Below are positions 27,109-37,085 of a stretch of 43,554 nucleotides of DNA, one piece after another. Numbering within the stretch: the first letter of the stretch is position 1; each line of letters starts with the position of its first letter. A program made the translations under genes and the position numbers. Source of the stretch: a virus. Lineage: Duplodnaviria; Caudoviricetes. Location of the stretch: IMG/VR virus record IMGVR_UViG_3300025018_000037, positions 1 to 43,554 of that record; one strand, given 5' to 3'. A model generated the notes under the pieces. It did no database searches. It saw only the letters and a list, made by a program, of their open reading frames with translations, and was not told the origin of the DNA.

Positions 27109-27440
27109 CAATAGCCTTCGACATAGATGGCACAATACTAAACAACCAAGGTATTCCACCAGATTCACCACACCACCTACGTCCTAGAGTGGGAGTGAAC
27201 TTGGAAGTCATAATACTGATACAGATTCTTTCAAAGAAGATGAAGAACACCAAGGTCATAGTCTGGTCAGGAGGTGGGAAAGAATACGCTGAGAGGATTG
27301 TCCGAGAATACGGGTTGGAGAAGTATGTGCATGCGGTCTATGACAAAGCTGACTACCCAGGCGAAGAAGTGGATATTGCCTTTGATGACATACAGTCTTT
27401 CGATATGGCAAAGAACAATATAATAGTTAGAATGAAATAA
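27096..27440 (+). CDS. HAD-superfamily protein
   Basis: IAFDIDGT, VWSGGG, K, AFDD motifs I-IV. Confidence 0.8.
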   Translation: MREITIAFDIDGTILNNQGIPPDSPHHLRPRVGVNLEVIILIQILSKKMKNTKVIVWSGGGKEYAERIVREYGLEKYVHAVYDKADYPGEEVDIAFDDIQSFDMAKNNIIVRMK

Positions 27441-27441
27441 T

Positions 27442-27522
27442 ATGCTCAAACTTATTATAGGTATCTACTTGATTTGTAACGGCTTTGTAATTACAGGATT
27501 ACTTGTTATATTTTTACTATGA
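27442..27522 (+). CDS. 26-aa hydrophobic peptide (not in the ORF track)
   Basis: MLKLIIGIYLICNGFVITGLLVIFLL, coupled on both sides (TAAT-ATG and ATGA). Confidence 0.5.
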   Translation: MLKLIIGIYLICNGFVITGLLVIFLL

Positions 27523-27878
27523 AACCATACAAAGGAGAAAACTCAGAACCAAAAGATAACAAGTCCAAGCCTAGTGGTCTTTGGAGGAAGAAGTTCCCTT
27601 GTCGGAGAAACAAAGGAGAGCATACTTTCAAGCTAGTCAAACCTCGTTTCCTTAGCTGGATAAAGGATTATAAAGAAATGTCTGTTGAGGAGTATTACAG
27701 GAGGCAAGCAGAGCAGGTAGAGAAAGACTTGAAAGAATATAAGAAGAAGGTCGCTGGTGGGGGCAGGTTCTTTATGACGCCAAGCAATCACTACGCCTAT
27801 GAATGTACTGCATGCGGTAAAGAGGAGATGAAGTCTGATAGATATGAGAACAAAAAGATAAAGGTTATTGTTGATTAG
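27519..27878 (+). CDS. Basic zinc-binding protein
   Basis: C..H and CTAC motifs. Confidence 0.65.
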   Translation: MKPYKGENSEPKDNKSKPSGLWRKKFPCRRNKGEHTFKLVKPRFLSWIKDYKEMSVEEYYRRQAEQVEKDLKEYKKKVAGGGRFFMTPSNHYAYECTACGKEEMKSDRYENKKIKVIVD

Positions 27879-27879
27879 A

Positions 27880-27926
27880 CTATCCCCAAGATAATTTTTG
27901 CTTTATTTCCTTATACAAGGCATAAT
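27880..27926 (+). promoter_or_regulatory. Class I promoter P7
   Basis: CTATCCCCA 27880, TTGCTT 27898, 17-nt spacer ending CCTTATACAAGG, CATAAT 27921. Confidence 0.8.
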
Positions 27927-28063
27927 ATAGATACAGCGGATATGAAAGTGAAAGCTTTGTATCTCGCCAGTACCAAAGTGGAAAGTTCAGCAGAATGAGT
28001 AAGGCTTTTGGTTGGGGGTTCAAGTATTTGTACCTCCTATCCAGTAGCGTTAATAAAAAAAGT

Positions 28064-28327
28064 ATGGGAAAGAAAAAAAGAAAGTATTACATAGATGCAA
28101 AAGCTGTAACAAAGCTGTTTGAGCAAGCTTATGGTTTCAAAGTAAAAGAGTTGAACTGGTATACTTTAAGGCTCAGACACCCAGAGTTTCACGCAAGCTG
28201 GGACTGGTATCATACGCAAGGTTCTGTGGTGAGAAATGAAGATGGTCGATGTACTTCACTTTCAGAGCAAGGAGATGCCGAAGATTTAGCTGATAGTATT
28301 AACAGATATGTTTATAATAAAGTATGA
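28064..28327 (+). CDS. Hypothetical protein
   Basis: aaaagtATG start at 28064. Confidence 0.65.
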   Translation: MGKKKRKYYIDAKAVTKLFEQAYGFKVKELNWYTLRLRHPEFHASWDWYHTQGSVVRNEDGRCTSLSEQGDAEDLADSINRYVYNKV

Positions 28328-28533
28328 GTATCAAACACTACAAAGTAGAAGTTACAAGAACTTACTGCATAGACGTTGTGGCAGATGATAGTGATACAGC
28401 TCAAGCAAAAGCTGAGATACACCTCGATGCCGAGATGCTTGAAGGGACAGAGCATAATCTTCAGACAGGAGATACTGTGTTTCAGGTCTATGATGTGACG
28501 AACACAGATGACCCATTTGACCCTAACTATTAA
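28324..28533 (+). CDS. Small acidic DpnD/PcfM-like protein
   Basis: YKVEVTRTYCIDVVADDSDTAQAKA. Confidence 0.55.
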   Translation: MSIKHYKVEVTRTYCIDVVADDSDTAQAKAEIHLDAEMLEGTEHNLQTGDTVFQVYDVTNTDDPFDPNY

Positions 28534-28537
28534 AACT

Positions 28538-28690
28538 ATGAAAAAAAGATTCACGTTGTATGAAGGAAAGTTTGGATATTCAATCACAGATGTAGCCACA
28601 GGGATTACATACAGTGAAAGAAACAAGTCGGAGGTGGAAATGTTCAGGAAGCTTTATAAGGAACATTTTTCAGTAGTTAATAAAAAATAG
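28538..28690 (+). CDS. Small hypothetical protein
   Basis: Packed ORF. Confidence 0.55.
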   Translation: MKKRFTLYEGKFGYSITDVATGITYSERNKSEVEMFRKLYKEHFSVVNKK

Positions 28691-28692
28691 AT

Positions 28693-28965
28693 ATGGCAAA
28701 TATTAAAAAAAGAGTTGTAATTGAACCGTTGCTCTTTGGAGAATACTATGTAGCTGTTTATGATGAACATGATGAAATGCTACTAGATAATAAGAAGTAT
28801 TACTGTGCGAACATATCATCTGCTACATTTACAGCAGCTAAGTTGGCTGAAAAAGGCGACCTAGGTATATTTATATGTGATATTGAAGGAAAAGAAAAAG
28901 ACATAACTAATAAAGTAGATGTATTCTTAGATAGGATTGCTAATGCGATATCAGGATTAAAATAG
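28693..28965 (+). CDS. Hypothetical protein
   Basis: Packed ORF. Confidence 0.65.
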   Translation: MANIKKRVVIEPLLFGEYYVAVYDEHDEMLLDNKKYYCANISSATFTAAKLAEKGDLGIFICDIEGKEKDITNKVDVFLDRIANAISGLK

Positions 28966-28966
28966 C

Positions 28967-28995
28967 TTGCAATACTGTACTATATAAGGGATAAT
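28967..28995 (+). promoter_or_regulatory. Class I-related groEL promoter (no DnaA-like box)
   Basis: TTGCAA, 17-nt spacer ending TACTATATAAGG, GATAAT. Confidence 0.65.
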
Positions 28996-29011
28996 AGGTT
29001 AATAACAATAA

Positions 29012-30631
<1,620 letters not shown>

Positions 30632-30768
30632 TCAGCAAGGATAGTTCTTTACAAAATTGGTGTACAGATTTGGGGGGAGAACATTTGAGGTTTATCAAAA
30701 TCTCGCAAGACGATACTTGTATTCTCTCCCTGTATCTGTGCATCATACAAAGAAAGGAGGTGAGTATA

Positions 30769-31032
30769 TTGAACACGATTATCGAAGATACAGCTCGTGA
30801 ACTGAAGTGTGATAACTATCAGGTTTTCACTCAGGCTGTAACTCTCCACTACATGCGGACTAAATCGTTTGGTTCTCGTTGCAGGGATGCACGAAATGAA
30901 GCTCTGAGGCAACACGCCAAGTGGCTAAACAACCGAACCGTTTCTCAGGAATTGGAAGATTTTTGTCTTTCCATACTGAGAGAAGTCCCCAAGTACAAGG
31001 AGAAGAAACATGTCGTCAAATCGGCATCATAG
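30769..31032 (+). CDS. Hypothetical protein with a strong Shine-Dalgarno site
   Basis: AAAGGAGGTGA at 30753-30763, in-frame TTG start at 30769. Confidence 0.6.
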   Translation: MNTIIEDTARELKCDNYQVFTQAVTLHYMRTKSFGSRCRDARNEALRQHAKWLNNRTVSQELEDFCLSILREVPKYKEKKHVVKSAS

Positions 31033-31252
31033 GCTACCCCGTTCAAAGGGTGGCAACCGAAAGTGGGTGAATGGATACAACAACATTGTTCGAGTATCTG
31101 AATATCAGCACCACTGCTATCACGTTCTGTTCGAGAATCATGGCGTTGATGAAATCTGCCGTATTCTTAATGAATGGATTGACCCCAACTACGAGGTAGT
31201 TTATCGGAAAAGGAAACGAGGAAACCATGGTAGGAAACCACGACATAACTGA
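31010..31252 (+). CDS. Small HNH-like endonuclease
   Basis: HHRLPRSKGG...NNIVRV...HHCYHVLF; AAGGAG SD. Confidence 0.7.
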   Translation: MSSNRHHRLPRSKGGNRKWVNGYNNIVRVSEYQHHCYHVLFENHGVDEICRILNEWIDPNYEVVYRKRKRGNHGRKPRHN

Positions 31253-31448
31253 GGTGTGTCAGATACTTTCAATCACACCATACGATATATTTACGCATGC
31301 GGTACGGGTTCTACCCGAAGACCTGCGTGATATCGTAGACCCCAGAGATGTGTACCTTGCGTACCTTCATCATAACGCTGTGCCTGATTGGGTGCATGAG
31401 TTCATGAATGATATTATGTGTGAGTACAACAACCCCTCCCTTTTTTAA
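31227..31448 (+). CDS. Hypothetical protein
   Basis: GAGG SD; overlaps the previous gene. Confidence 0.6.
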   Translation: MVGNHDITEVCQILSITPYDIFTHAVRVLPEDLRDIVDPRDVYLAYLHHNAVPDWVHEFMNDIMCEYNNPSLF

Positions 31449-31449
31449 C

Positions 31450-31508
31450 AGACCATCTTGTTGGCTTCAACGAAATGGTCTAACCACCCTGCCTTCATTG
31501 GTGGGGTG
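31450..31508 (+). terminator. Two tandem hairpins ending the middle region
   Basis: AGACCAT/ATGGTCT and CACCCTGCC/GGTGGGGTG stems. Confidence 0.55.
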
Positions 31509-31511
31509 TCC

Positions 31512-31541
31512 TTGTATAGTGCAGAATGTAGTGATACAATA
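31512..31541 (+). promoter_or_regulatory. Class II (late) promoter
   Basis: TTGTAT-17-TACAAT with extended TG; TGTAGTGATACAATA is shared with 37616. Confidence 0.7.
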
Positions 31542-31574
31542 TGTAAAGTCGCAAAAAAAATAATAAAAAAAGAT

Positions 31575-31790
31575 ATGACAAAGATGACAAGAACAGCGTT
31601 TAATAGGAAGTTTTACCAGACAGAAAATGGAGTTATGAGAAGGGATACAGCTCTCCCAGTTGCACCAAAGGGGACAAAGGGTTGCAAGGTTTGTAGATTG
31701 CCTATTTCTTATACAATGGGGCAGGTTGTAAACACACACAAAGAATGTCGAGAAGACAGAAATAAAGTGGAAGCTATCATAAAGAGGTAG
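31575..31790 (+). CDS. Small basic zinc-finger protein (71 aa)
   Basis: CKVC...HKEC; first gene of the late operon. Confidence 0.65.
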   Translation: MTKMTRTAFNRKFYQTENGVMRRDTALPVAPKGTKGCKVCRLPISYTMGQVVNTHKECREDRNKVEAIIKR

Positions 31791-31797
31791 CTTTTTT
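31771..31797 (+). terminator. Intrinsic terminator/attenuator candidate
   Basis: AAGCTATC/GGTAGCTT stem followed by a T run. Confidence 0.45.
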
Positions 31798-31895
31798 GTT
31801 GGTGGGTAGCGTTCGGCGGACTGTTCGCCAGCCTCTCAGGTCGGTGTTGCTGGAATCAACCAAGCAGTCCTCCGAACCATGCTCATCAAGAAAAG
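31791..31895 (+). ncRNA. Long structured leader hairpin upstream of the terminase
   Basis: Stems TTGGTGGGTA/TGCTCATCAA, GTTCGG/CCGAAC, GGACTGTT/AGCAGTCC and CCAGC/GCTGG, with G.U pairs on +. Confidence 0.6.
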
Positions 31896-32022
31896 GGTAA
31901 TAGCCAGTTCTATCAAAGACGCTTTAGCAAACGAAAGCAAAGCGGAGATTCTTGAAGTATTTGTAGAAGTAACTCCTCAACAAGAGGATATTTCCCCAGG
32001 GAAAATGGGATTCAATACATGA
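31879..32022 (+). CDS. 47-aa ORF coupled to TerL (not in the ORF track)
   Basis: MLIKKRVIASSIKDALANESKAEILEVFVEVTPQQEDISPGKMGFNT; ATGA overlap with TerL. Confidence 0.6.
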   Translation: MLIKKRVIASSIKDALANESKAEILEVFVEVTPQQEDISPGKMGFNT

Positions 32023-33632
32023 TAAAAACTTTCAAAGACAAAGGAGATTCCATAGCCGAGAAAAGGTGGAGGTTGGAAAATCTCTACTTTATCAACACGA
32101 AAGATAAAAAGCTTGAACCTATCCAGCCTAACAATGCTCAGTTAGATTTTCTTTTGAAAAGGACAGGCAGGGACTTTATTTTGAAAGCTCGACAGCTTGG
32201 TTTTTCAACGTTCTGTCTTATTGACTTGCTTGATGAAACTATGTTCACAAGGAACACCCACTCAGCTATCCTTGCTCACGAGAAACAGAAGGTGGTGAAG
32301 CTATTTGAGATTGTTAAACGTGCATACGATAACTTGCCGAACGACCCTAGAATTAAACCAAGGGTTTCTTTTGAGAACAGAAACGAATTGTACTTCCCAG
32401 ATTTGAATAGCAAGATTTACGTTACAATGGATACACGAGGAGAAACAGTTCACAACCTACACGTTTCCGAGCTTGCCTTCGTTAGAAATGCAGAATTGAG
32501 ATTGGCAGCTACATTGGAGTCTGTTCCTAAAAATGGAAAGATTACTTTTGAAACCACAGCAAACGGTATGTCTAACTTTGCCTTTGATGAATGGGACGAT
32601 GTAAACTCAGAATATGCAAAGTTCTTTTATAGCTGGCTTTGGGACGAAGATTACCGAATGAAAACAGAAAAAACAATGGAAGAACTAATGGACGAATACC
32701 GACCTTTTGCTTTGCAGTATGGATTGAAAGAAAAGGTAGTTGAGGAGTTTGATTTGGACAAAGAACAGTTCGCTTTCTATCTTTCAAAGGTTAAAAGACA
32801 CAAGCAGTTGGTACTTCAGGAATATCCACTTGATGATATGGAAGCCTTTATTTCTTCAGGTAAAGGGGTATTTCACATGAATGACCTACAAAGACATGTG
32901 GCTCAGACGCCTGAAACGACCTACTACGGGGATTGTTTAGTCTGGGAGGAACCGTTGGAAGGCTTTCGTTATTCTGTTGGTGTGGATTCATCTGAGGGCT
33001 TAGGACAAGATAATGCAGTTATACAGGTATTGAACGCACATACAGGTTTCCAAGCAGCTGAGTTTGCTTCTCCTAATATCCCACCTGACCAGCTTGCAAC
33101 TTATGTACTGAACATAGCAAAGAAGTACAACAATGCATTGATTGTTCCTGAAATTAACTCATCTGGTATTTCTTTACTTGACCATATCAAACATAAGTAT
33201 CACAATATATATAGACGAGAAGTTTTTGACAAAAGAACTAGGGAAACTAGAGATGCTCCAGGTTGGAGAACAACAGGTACTTCAAAGCCACTTTTAGTAA
33301 ATGCATTAGAGGAGGCTGTTAGAGAAGACTATATTGTAGTAAACTCTAAAGATACGCTGAAAGAAATGAAAACATTTGTCCGTACGGAAGAACAAGGCAA
33401 GCAGGGATTTGGTGCTGAGGGTACAAAGCATGATGACAGAGTTATCGCTTTAGGACTTGCATACCAAGGCATCAAGTTCTTACCGAAAATGAAAAAAGCA
33501 GAAACGGTAGCACAACAAAAACTCAGAGAGTTTATAGAAAGGAAGAACCTTGAAAAGCACTTTCCCGAACAGAAGGTCGAAGGGATTTTGAAAGATAGGA
33601 AGAAGAAGTATTTTATTAGAAGCAATAGATAA
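32019..33632 (+). CDS. terL: Terminase large subunit
   Basis: LKARQLGFST (Walker A), LHVSE (Walker B), ETTANG coupling motif, nuclease GVDSSEG and HDDRVIA. Confidence 0.95.
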   Translation: MIKTFKDKGDSIAEKRWRLENLYFINTKDKKLEPIQPNNAQLDFLLKRTGRDFILKARQLGFSTFCLIDLLDETMFTRNTHSAILAHEKQKVVKLFEIVKRAYDNLPNDPRIKPRVSFENRNELYFPDLNSKIYVTMDTRGETVHNLHVSELAFVRNAELRLAATLESVPKNGKITFETTANGMSNFAFDEWDDVNSEYAKFFYSWLWDEDYRMKTEKTMEELMDEYRPFALQYGLKEKVVEEFDLDKEQFAFYLSKVKRHKQLVLQEYPLDDMEAFISSGKGVFHMNDLQRHVAQTPETTYYGDCLVWEEPLEGFRYSVGVDSSEGLGQDNAVIQVLNAHTGFQAAEFASPNIPPDQLATYVLNIAKKYNNALIVPEINSSGISLLDHIKHKYHNIYRREVFDKRTRETRDAPGWRTTGTSKPLLVNALEEAVREDYIVVNSKDTLKEMKTFVRTEEQGKQGFGAEGTKHDDRVIALGLAYQGIKFLPKMKKAETVAQQKLREFIERKNLEKHFPEQKVEGILKDRKKKYFIRSNR

Positions 33633-33637
33633 AAACT

Positions 33638-35725
33638 ATGGCAACAAAAAAACAGAAGAACGTCAAACCATTAAAACCAGAGCCAGCGTCAGTGAAAGGT
33701 TATGTACCTGAAGGCGATGAGCTTAAAGTGTTTGACCAGTATAAGGGGAGAAAGAATGAGCTGTTGAACTCTCGAAGGAATGTGTACGGGATTGATATTG
33801 ACCAGAAAATGCGAGATTTAGATAAACAGTATTTCAACCGAGAGGCTGATATTCCTGCTTCTGAATTAGACCCAGACCAAAAACCAGTTGCAATAAACAA
33901 CGCCTTTGGAAAGGTTCAGGCAGCTTTGGGTATTCTTATCGATAGAAACCCAGAAATCACAGTTGAGGAATCAAGTCCAAAGTATTCTGCTAACCGAGAA
34001 CTTATTAAAGGGCTGGCAAAATCTTCTTGGAAGAACACAAACTCTCTTGGACAACTAAAACTTTCTATATTTAACCAAGCAAAGAGAGGTTGGTTTGTTG
34101 GAAGGACTTACCACATGAAACTGAAACACGATGCTCGATTTGTGGAGTCAGTAATAAAAGATGAGAAAACAGGGAAAGAAACAATAAAATACGAAACAAA
34201 GCAAATCACAAAAGTTGATGATATTTCATACATGAACTTGAACAACTTTAATGTGTGGCTTGATGAACAGACACTCCCAGAGAACTTCTACTCAACACGT
34301 GATTGGATGTGGCGAGAGGTTTTGTACATTGATGACCTAAAAAAGATGTTCCCAGAATCGGAATATCCAAACATGAAGTACGTTAAGTCTGGGGGAAATA
34401 CACAAGATACAATTAACGGTAGTTCTGATAAGACACAAGCACAGGCTAACTCATCTAACGAAGGTAAAGCTACAAAGGTTGGAATGACAGAAGTGTTCTT
34501 CTATGAAAACCAGTACGATGATTGGTTCATTGTAGAAATCAACGGAGTCATGGTTGTTTGGGAGCCTTTGCCACAGAACAGCAAGAGGCTATCTTGTGTT
34601 TATGGTTATTGGAACTTGCGAGGTGCTGAATCTATCTATGGTATTGGACTTGTAGAAGCTATGGAACGAGATGAGTCTATGATTGATAGGATTATGAACA
34701 TGTCTATGAGGCAACTCTTAATGACTATTTCTCCTCCAGGGTTCTATACAGGAACAGAAGACCCAGAAGATGAAACTCTCAAATACAAAGCTGGTACTTT
34801 GACCAGAACACTCGACCCTAAAAATATCCAGTTCTTAAATATCCCAGAAGGAAACAAAGATGGTAGAGAATGGATTGACTGGACAGAGAATAAAGAAGAC
34901 CAGAGAACTGGTGTTACTAAAACCCTTGAAGGGGAAGATTCACAAGGAAAATCTACTGCTTTTGAAACTGGTGTGAACCGAGAGGCAGGTTTGAAACGTT
35001 TACGACTTCCTTTGAAGTCTATTCAGTATGCTCTTGAATGGGAATACCGAAACCGAATCGACCTTATCAAACAAGTTTATTCAGAGTTCCAAGTTGAGCA
35101 TATCGCTGATGAGGAAGATGTAATGAACTATCTTGATGAGGTTGGAGCAGACCCAGATTATTACTTCATTGAAAACGAAGGTGTAGCTGGAAAAGAGAAG
35201 TTCTACAAAAACGATTACCGAGAGATTCAGATGAACGTGGAACAAGATGAAGAAGGGGACTTCGTAGAAACAGAAGATAAAAAGTTCTTCAAAATCAAAC
35301 CAGAGATGCTTTCATTTGAAGGAGATGTTATCGTAGATGCACAGTCAATACTTATTCAGTCCGAAGAACTCGAAAAGGCAGATACTCTAAGAATGGCAAA
35401 CATAATTATTCCACTTATTGCAGAAGGTGACCCAGCAAAAATTGGTAGACCAGTTAAACAGTTACTACTTGGATTTAATAAAGACCCAAGAAAATGGCTG
35501 CCAGATGACTGGATTGCTCAAATCAATAAGTCAGGAAAGATTGCCCCAGCAGGTACAGGAGAAGCAGAAGGAGAGATGGCTGGAGAGCAAGATGGTGGGG
35601 AAGGTCAGTTGCAAGGGGCAGAAAAAGCAGAAGGAGTTGTCCCACAAGCTGACCTAAAGTCGAACCCTACTTTGGGAGCAAGGTTTGCAGGAGCCATGAG
35701 AGGATTTAAAGCACCTGTGGAATAA
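33638..35725 (+). CDS. Portal protein (P22/podovirus-type)
   Basis: 695 aa right after TerL; SIYGIGLVE, QRTGV, STAFE..NREAG..RL motifs. Confidence 0.85.
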   Translation: MATKKQKNVKPLKPEPASVKGYVPEGDELKVFDQYKGRKNELLNSRRNVYGIDIDQKMRDLDKQYFNREADIPASELDPDQKPVAINNAFGKVQAALGILIDRNPEITVEESSPKYSANRELIKGLAKSSWKNTNSLGQLKLSIFNQAKRGWFVGRTYHMKLKHDARFVESVIKDEKTGKETIKYETKQITKVDDISYMNLNNFNVWLDEQTLPENFYSTRDWMWREVLYIDDLKKMFPESEYPNMKYVKSGGNTQDTINGSSDKTQAQANSSNEGKATKVGMTEVFFYENQYDDWFIVEINGVMVVWEPLPQNSKRLSCVYGYWNLRGAESIYGIGLVEAMERDESMIDRIMNMSMRQLLMTISPPGFYTGTEDPEDETLKYKAGTLTRTLDPKNIQFLNIPEGNKDGREWIDWTENKEDQRTGVTKTLEGEDSQGKSTAFETGVNREAGLKRLRLPLKSIQYALEWEYRNRIDLIKQVYSEFQVEHIADEEDVMNYLDEVGADPDYYFIENEGVAGKEKFYKNDYREIQMNVEQDEEGDFVETEDKKFFKIKPEMLSFEGDVIVDAQSILIQSEELEKADTLRMANIIIPLIAEGDPAKIGRPVKQLLLGFNKDPRKWLPDDWIAQINKSGKIAPAGTGEAEGEMAGEQDGGEGQLQGAEKAEGVVPQADLKSNPTLGARFAGAMRGFKAPVE

Positions 35726-35730
35726 AAAAA

Positions 35731-35952
35731 ATGATAGATAAATTGCTACAATCTAAATGCAGGAATCTTCTCAAAGAATACTCAGACGTTATCGAACATG
35801 CAGAGAAAGAAGCAGTCAAAAGGATTGATTCAGAACGCATTTCAGGTAATACAGCGTTTGAGTATGCAAAGAAGTCCATTAGAAATGAAGCGTTAAAAGA
35901 AGGAATCTTGTTATTGAGGAGAGAAATATCAAAATATGCAGAATACAAATAA
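35731..35952 (+). CDS. Small head-module protein
   Basis: Short helical ORF after the portal. Confidence 0.65.
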   Translation: MIDKLLQSKCRNLLKEYSDVIEHAEKEAVKRIDSERISGNTAFEYAKKSIRNEALKEGILLLRREISKYAEYK

Positions 35953-36421
35953 AAAAACAGAAAAAGAAGTAAAAGATAAAGGGTATTCCAAGAAATACTG
36001 GGGTATTCACTCAAAAGAAGGTACGAAGCTAGAGTTTCTGCCTGTTTTTGAGCCGAACAAAGAAACTGGAGATATTGAAGCTAGATTTGTAGAGATGAAG
36101 TTTACCGATACCGATGGAAAGGAGCAAAAACTTACTTTCAACTGGCTAGATATCTACATGTTCATGTATTTCACCTGCAACGAAGAATTAAGAAAGAACT
36201 TGGCAGCTCGATATGAAAGACAGGTTAATTATATCCCTTATGATGTTACAGTTCAGTGTACCCCTGAAGAAAAGGAGAGTGGTATCGCCAAAAGACGTAT
36301 TCAGCTCCCGGTCGATGAGCTGACGATGGCGATTGCCAGAAATGAAGCTCATAAATTGATGATGATGAGCAAAACAAAGAAGCCTATCAACTTCAGGGAT
36401 AAGGGGAAGTTTAAAAAATAA
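35936..36421 (+). CDS. Hypothetical protein
   Basis: Packed ORF in the head module. Confidence 0.7.
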   Translation: MQNTNKKTEKEVKDKGYSKKYWGIHSKEGTKLEFLPVFEPNKETGDIEARFVEMKFTDTDGKEQKLTFNWLDIYMFMYFTCNEELRKNLAARYERQVNYIPYDVTVQCTPEEKESGIAKRRIQLPVDELTMAIARNEAHKLMMMSKTKKPINFRDKGKFKK

Positions 36422-36432
36422 TAGAAAACATT

Positions 36433-37083
36433 ATGTCAGACGAAGAAACAAAAGTAGAAAACGAGGAAGAAACCGTAGAAACATCTGAACCTGTTAAAAA
36501 GGGTGGAAAGAAGACAGCTTCACGACCACCTGCTCAGGCAAAGAAAAAGAATGACGATGAAATGCTGGATTTACTCAAAGGTCTTGCAGGAGGAATGGAG
36601 AGTTTGAGTGAACAGATGGGGAAGATTGAATCACGAGTTAAAGTTATAGAAACGGGGGGTTCAGAAAAGTTTAAAGATGCACAGAGAGAGGAGGATATTG
36701 AATCAGCTCGACAGACACGAGTTTCAGTAGACCCTACTATTCAGAGGATTGTAGATGAAATGCTTGGAGAAGACTTCGGTATTGATGTTAAACCTCTTGG
36801 AGATAGACCTGGGTTCCGACTTACTTTGATTGTTCCACAGCGATTGTCAGACAACGTTGTAGATAAACGACCAGTCATAGATAAAGCAACAGGACAATAC
36901 AAGAAGAATGATGCTGGAGATGTTGTCTTTGAAGATTATGTACCAGAAGACCGAAGAAGCCGAATACTTACAACTGCTGATAGCTATGATGTTGTTAAGA
37001 AGCACTGTGAGTTGGTACGAGCATACATTGTTTCTTACTTCCAAAAGACGTCAAAACCATTACCAGAGTTTAAAGTAAAATAA
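36433..37083 (+). CDS. Hypothetical protein
   Basis: Packed ORF with an N-terminal disordered/coiled region. Confidence 0.75.
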   Translation: MSDEETKVENEEETVETSEPVKKGGKKTASRPPAQAKKKNDDEMLDLLKGLAGGMESLSEQMGKIESRVKVIETGGSEKFKDAQREEDIESARQTRVSVDPTIQRIVDEMLGEDFGIDVKPLGDRPGFRLTLIVPQRLSDNVVDKRPVIDKATGQYKKNDAGDVVFEDYVPEDRRSRILTTADSYDVVKKHCELVRAYIVSYFQKTSKPLPEFKVK

Positions 37084-37085
37084 AT

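Noticed and set aside
10056-27926. CRISPR array or mobile-element ends formed by the repeated CTATCCACAAG...AAGGCATAAT motif
   Set aside because: Copies are degenerate, hundreds to thousands of bases apart and each heads an operon, which fits promoters.
27930-28050. tRNA (GGTTCAAG T-loop-like)
   Set aside because: No 5-bp T stem with a 7-nt loop, no acceptor stem and no cloverleaf. I saw no tRNA gene anywhere in the window.
31791-31895. SRP (4.5S) RNA or glycine riboswitch (TCAGGTC / CTCTCAGG)
   Set aside because: It lacks the GGAA tetraloop and AGCAG of SRP domain IV in the right geometry, and lacks the GGAGA/CCGAAG glycine aptamer elements.
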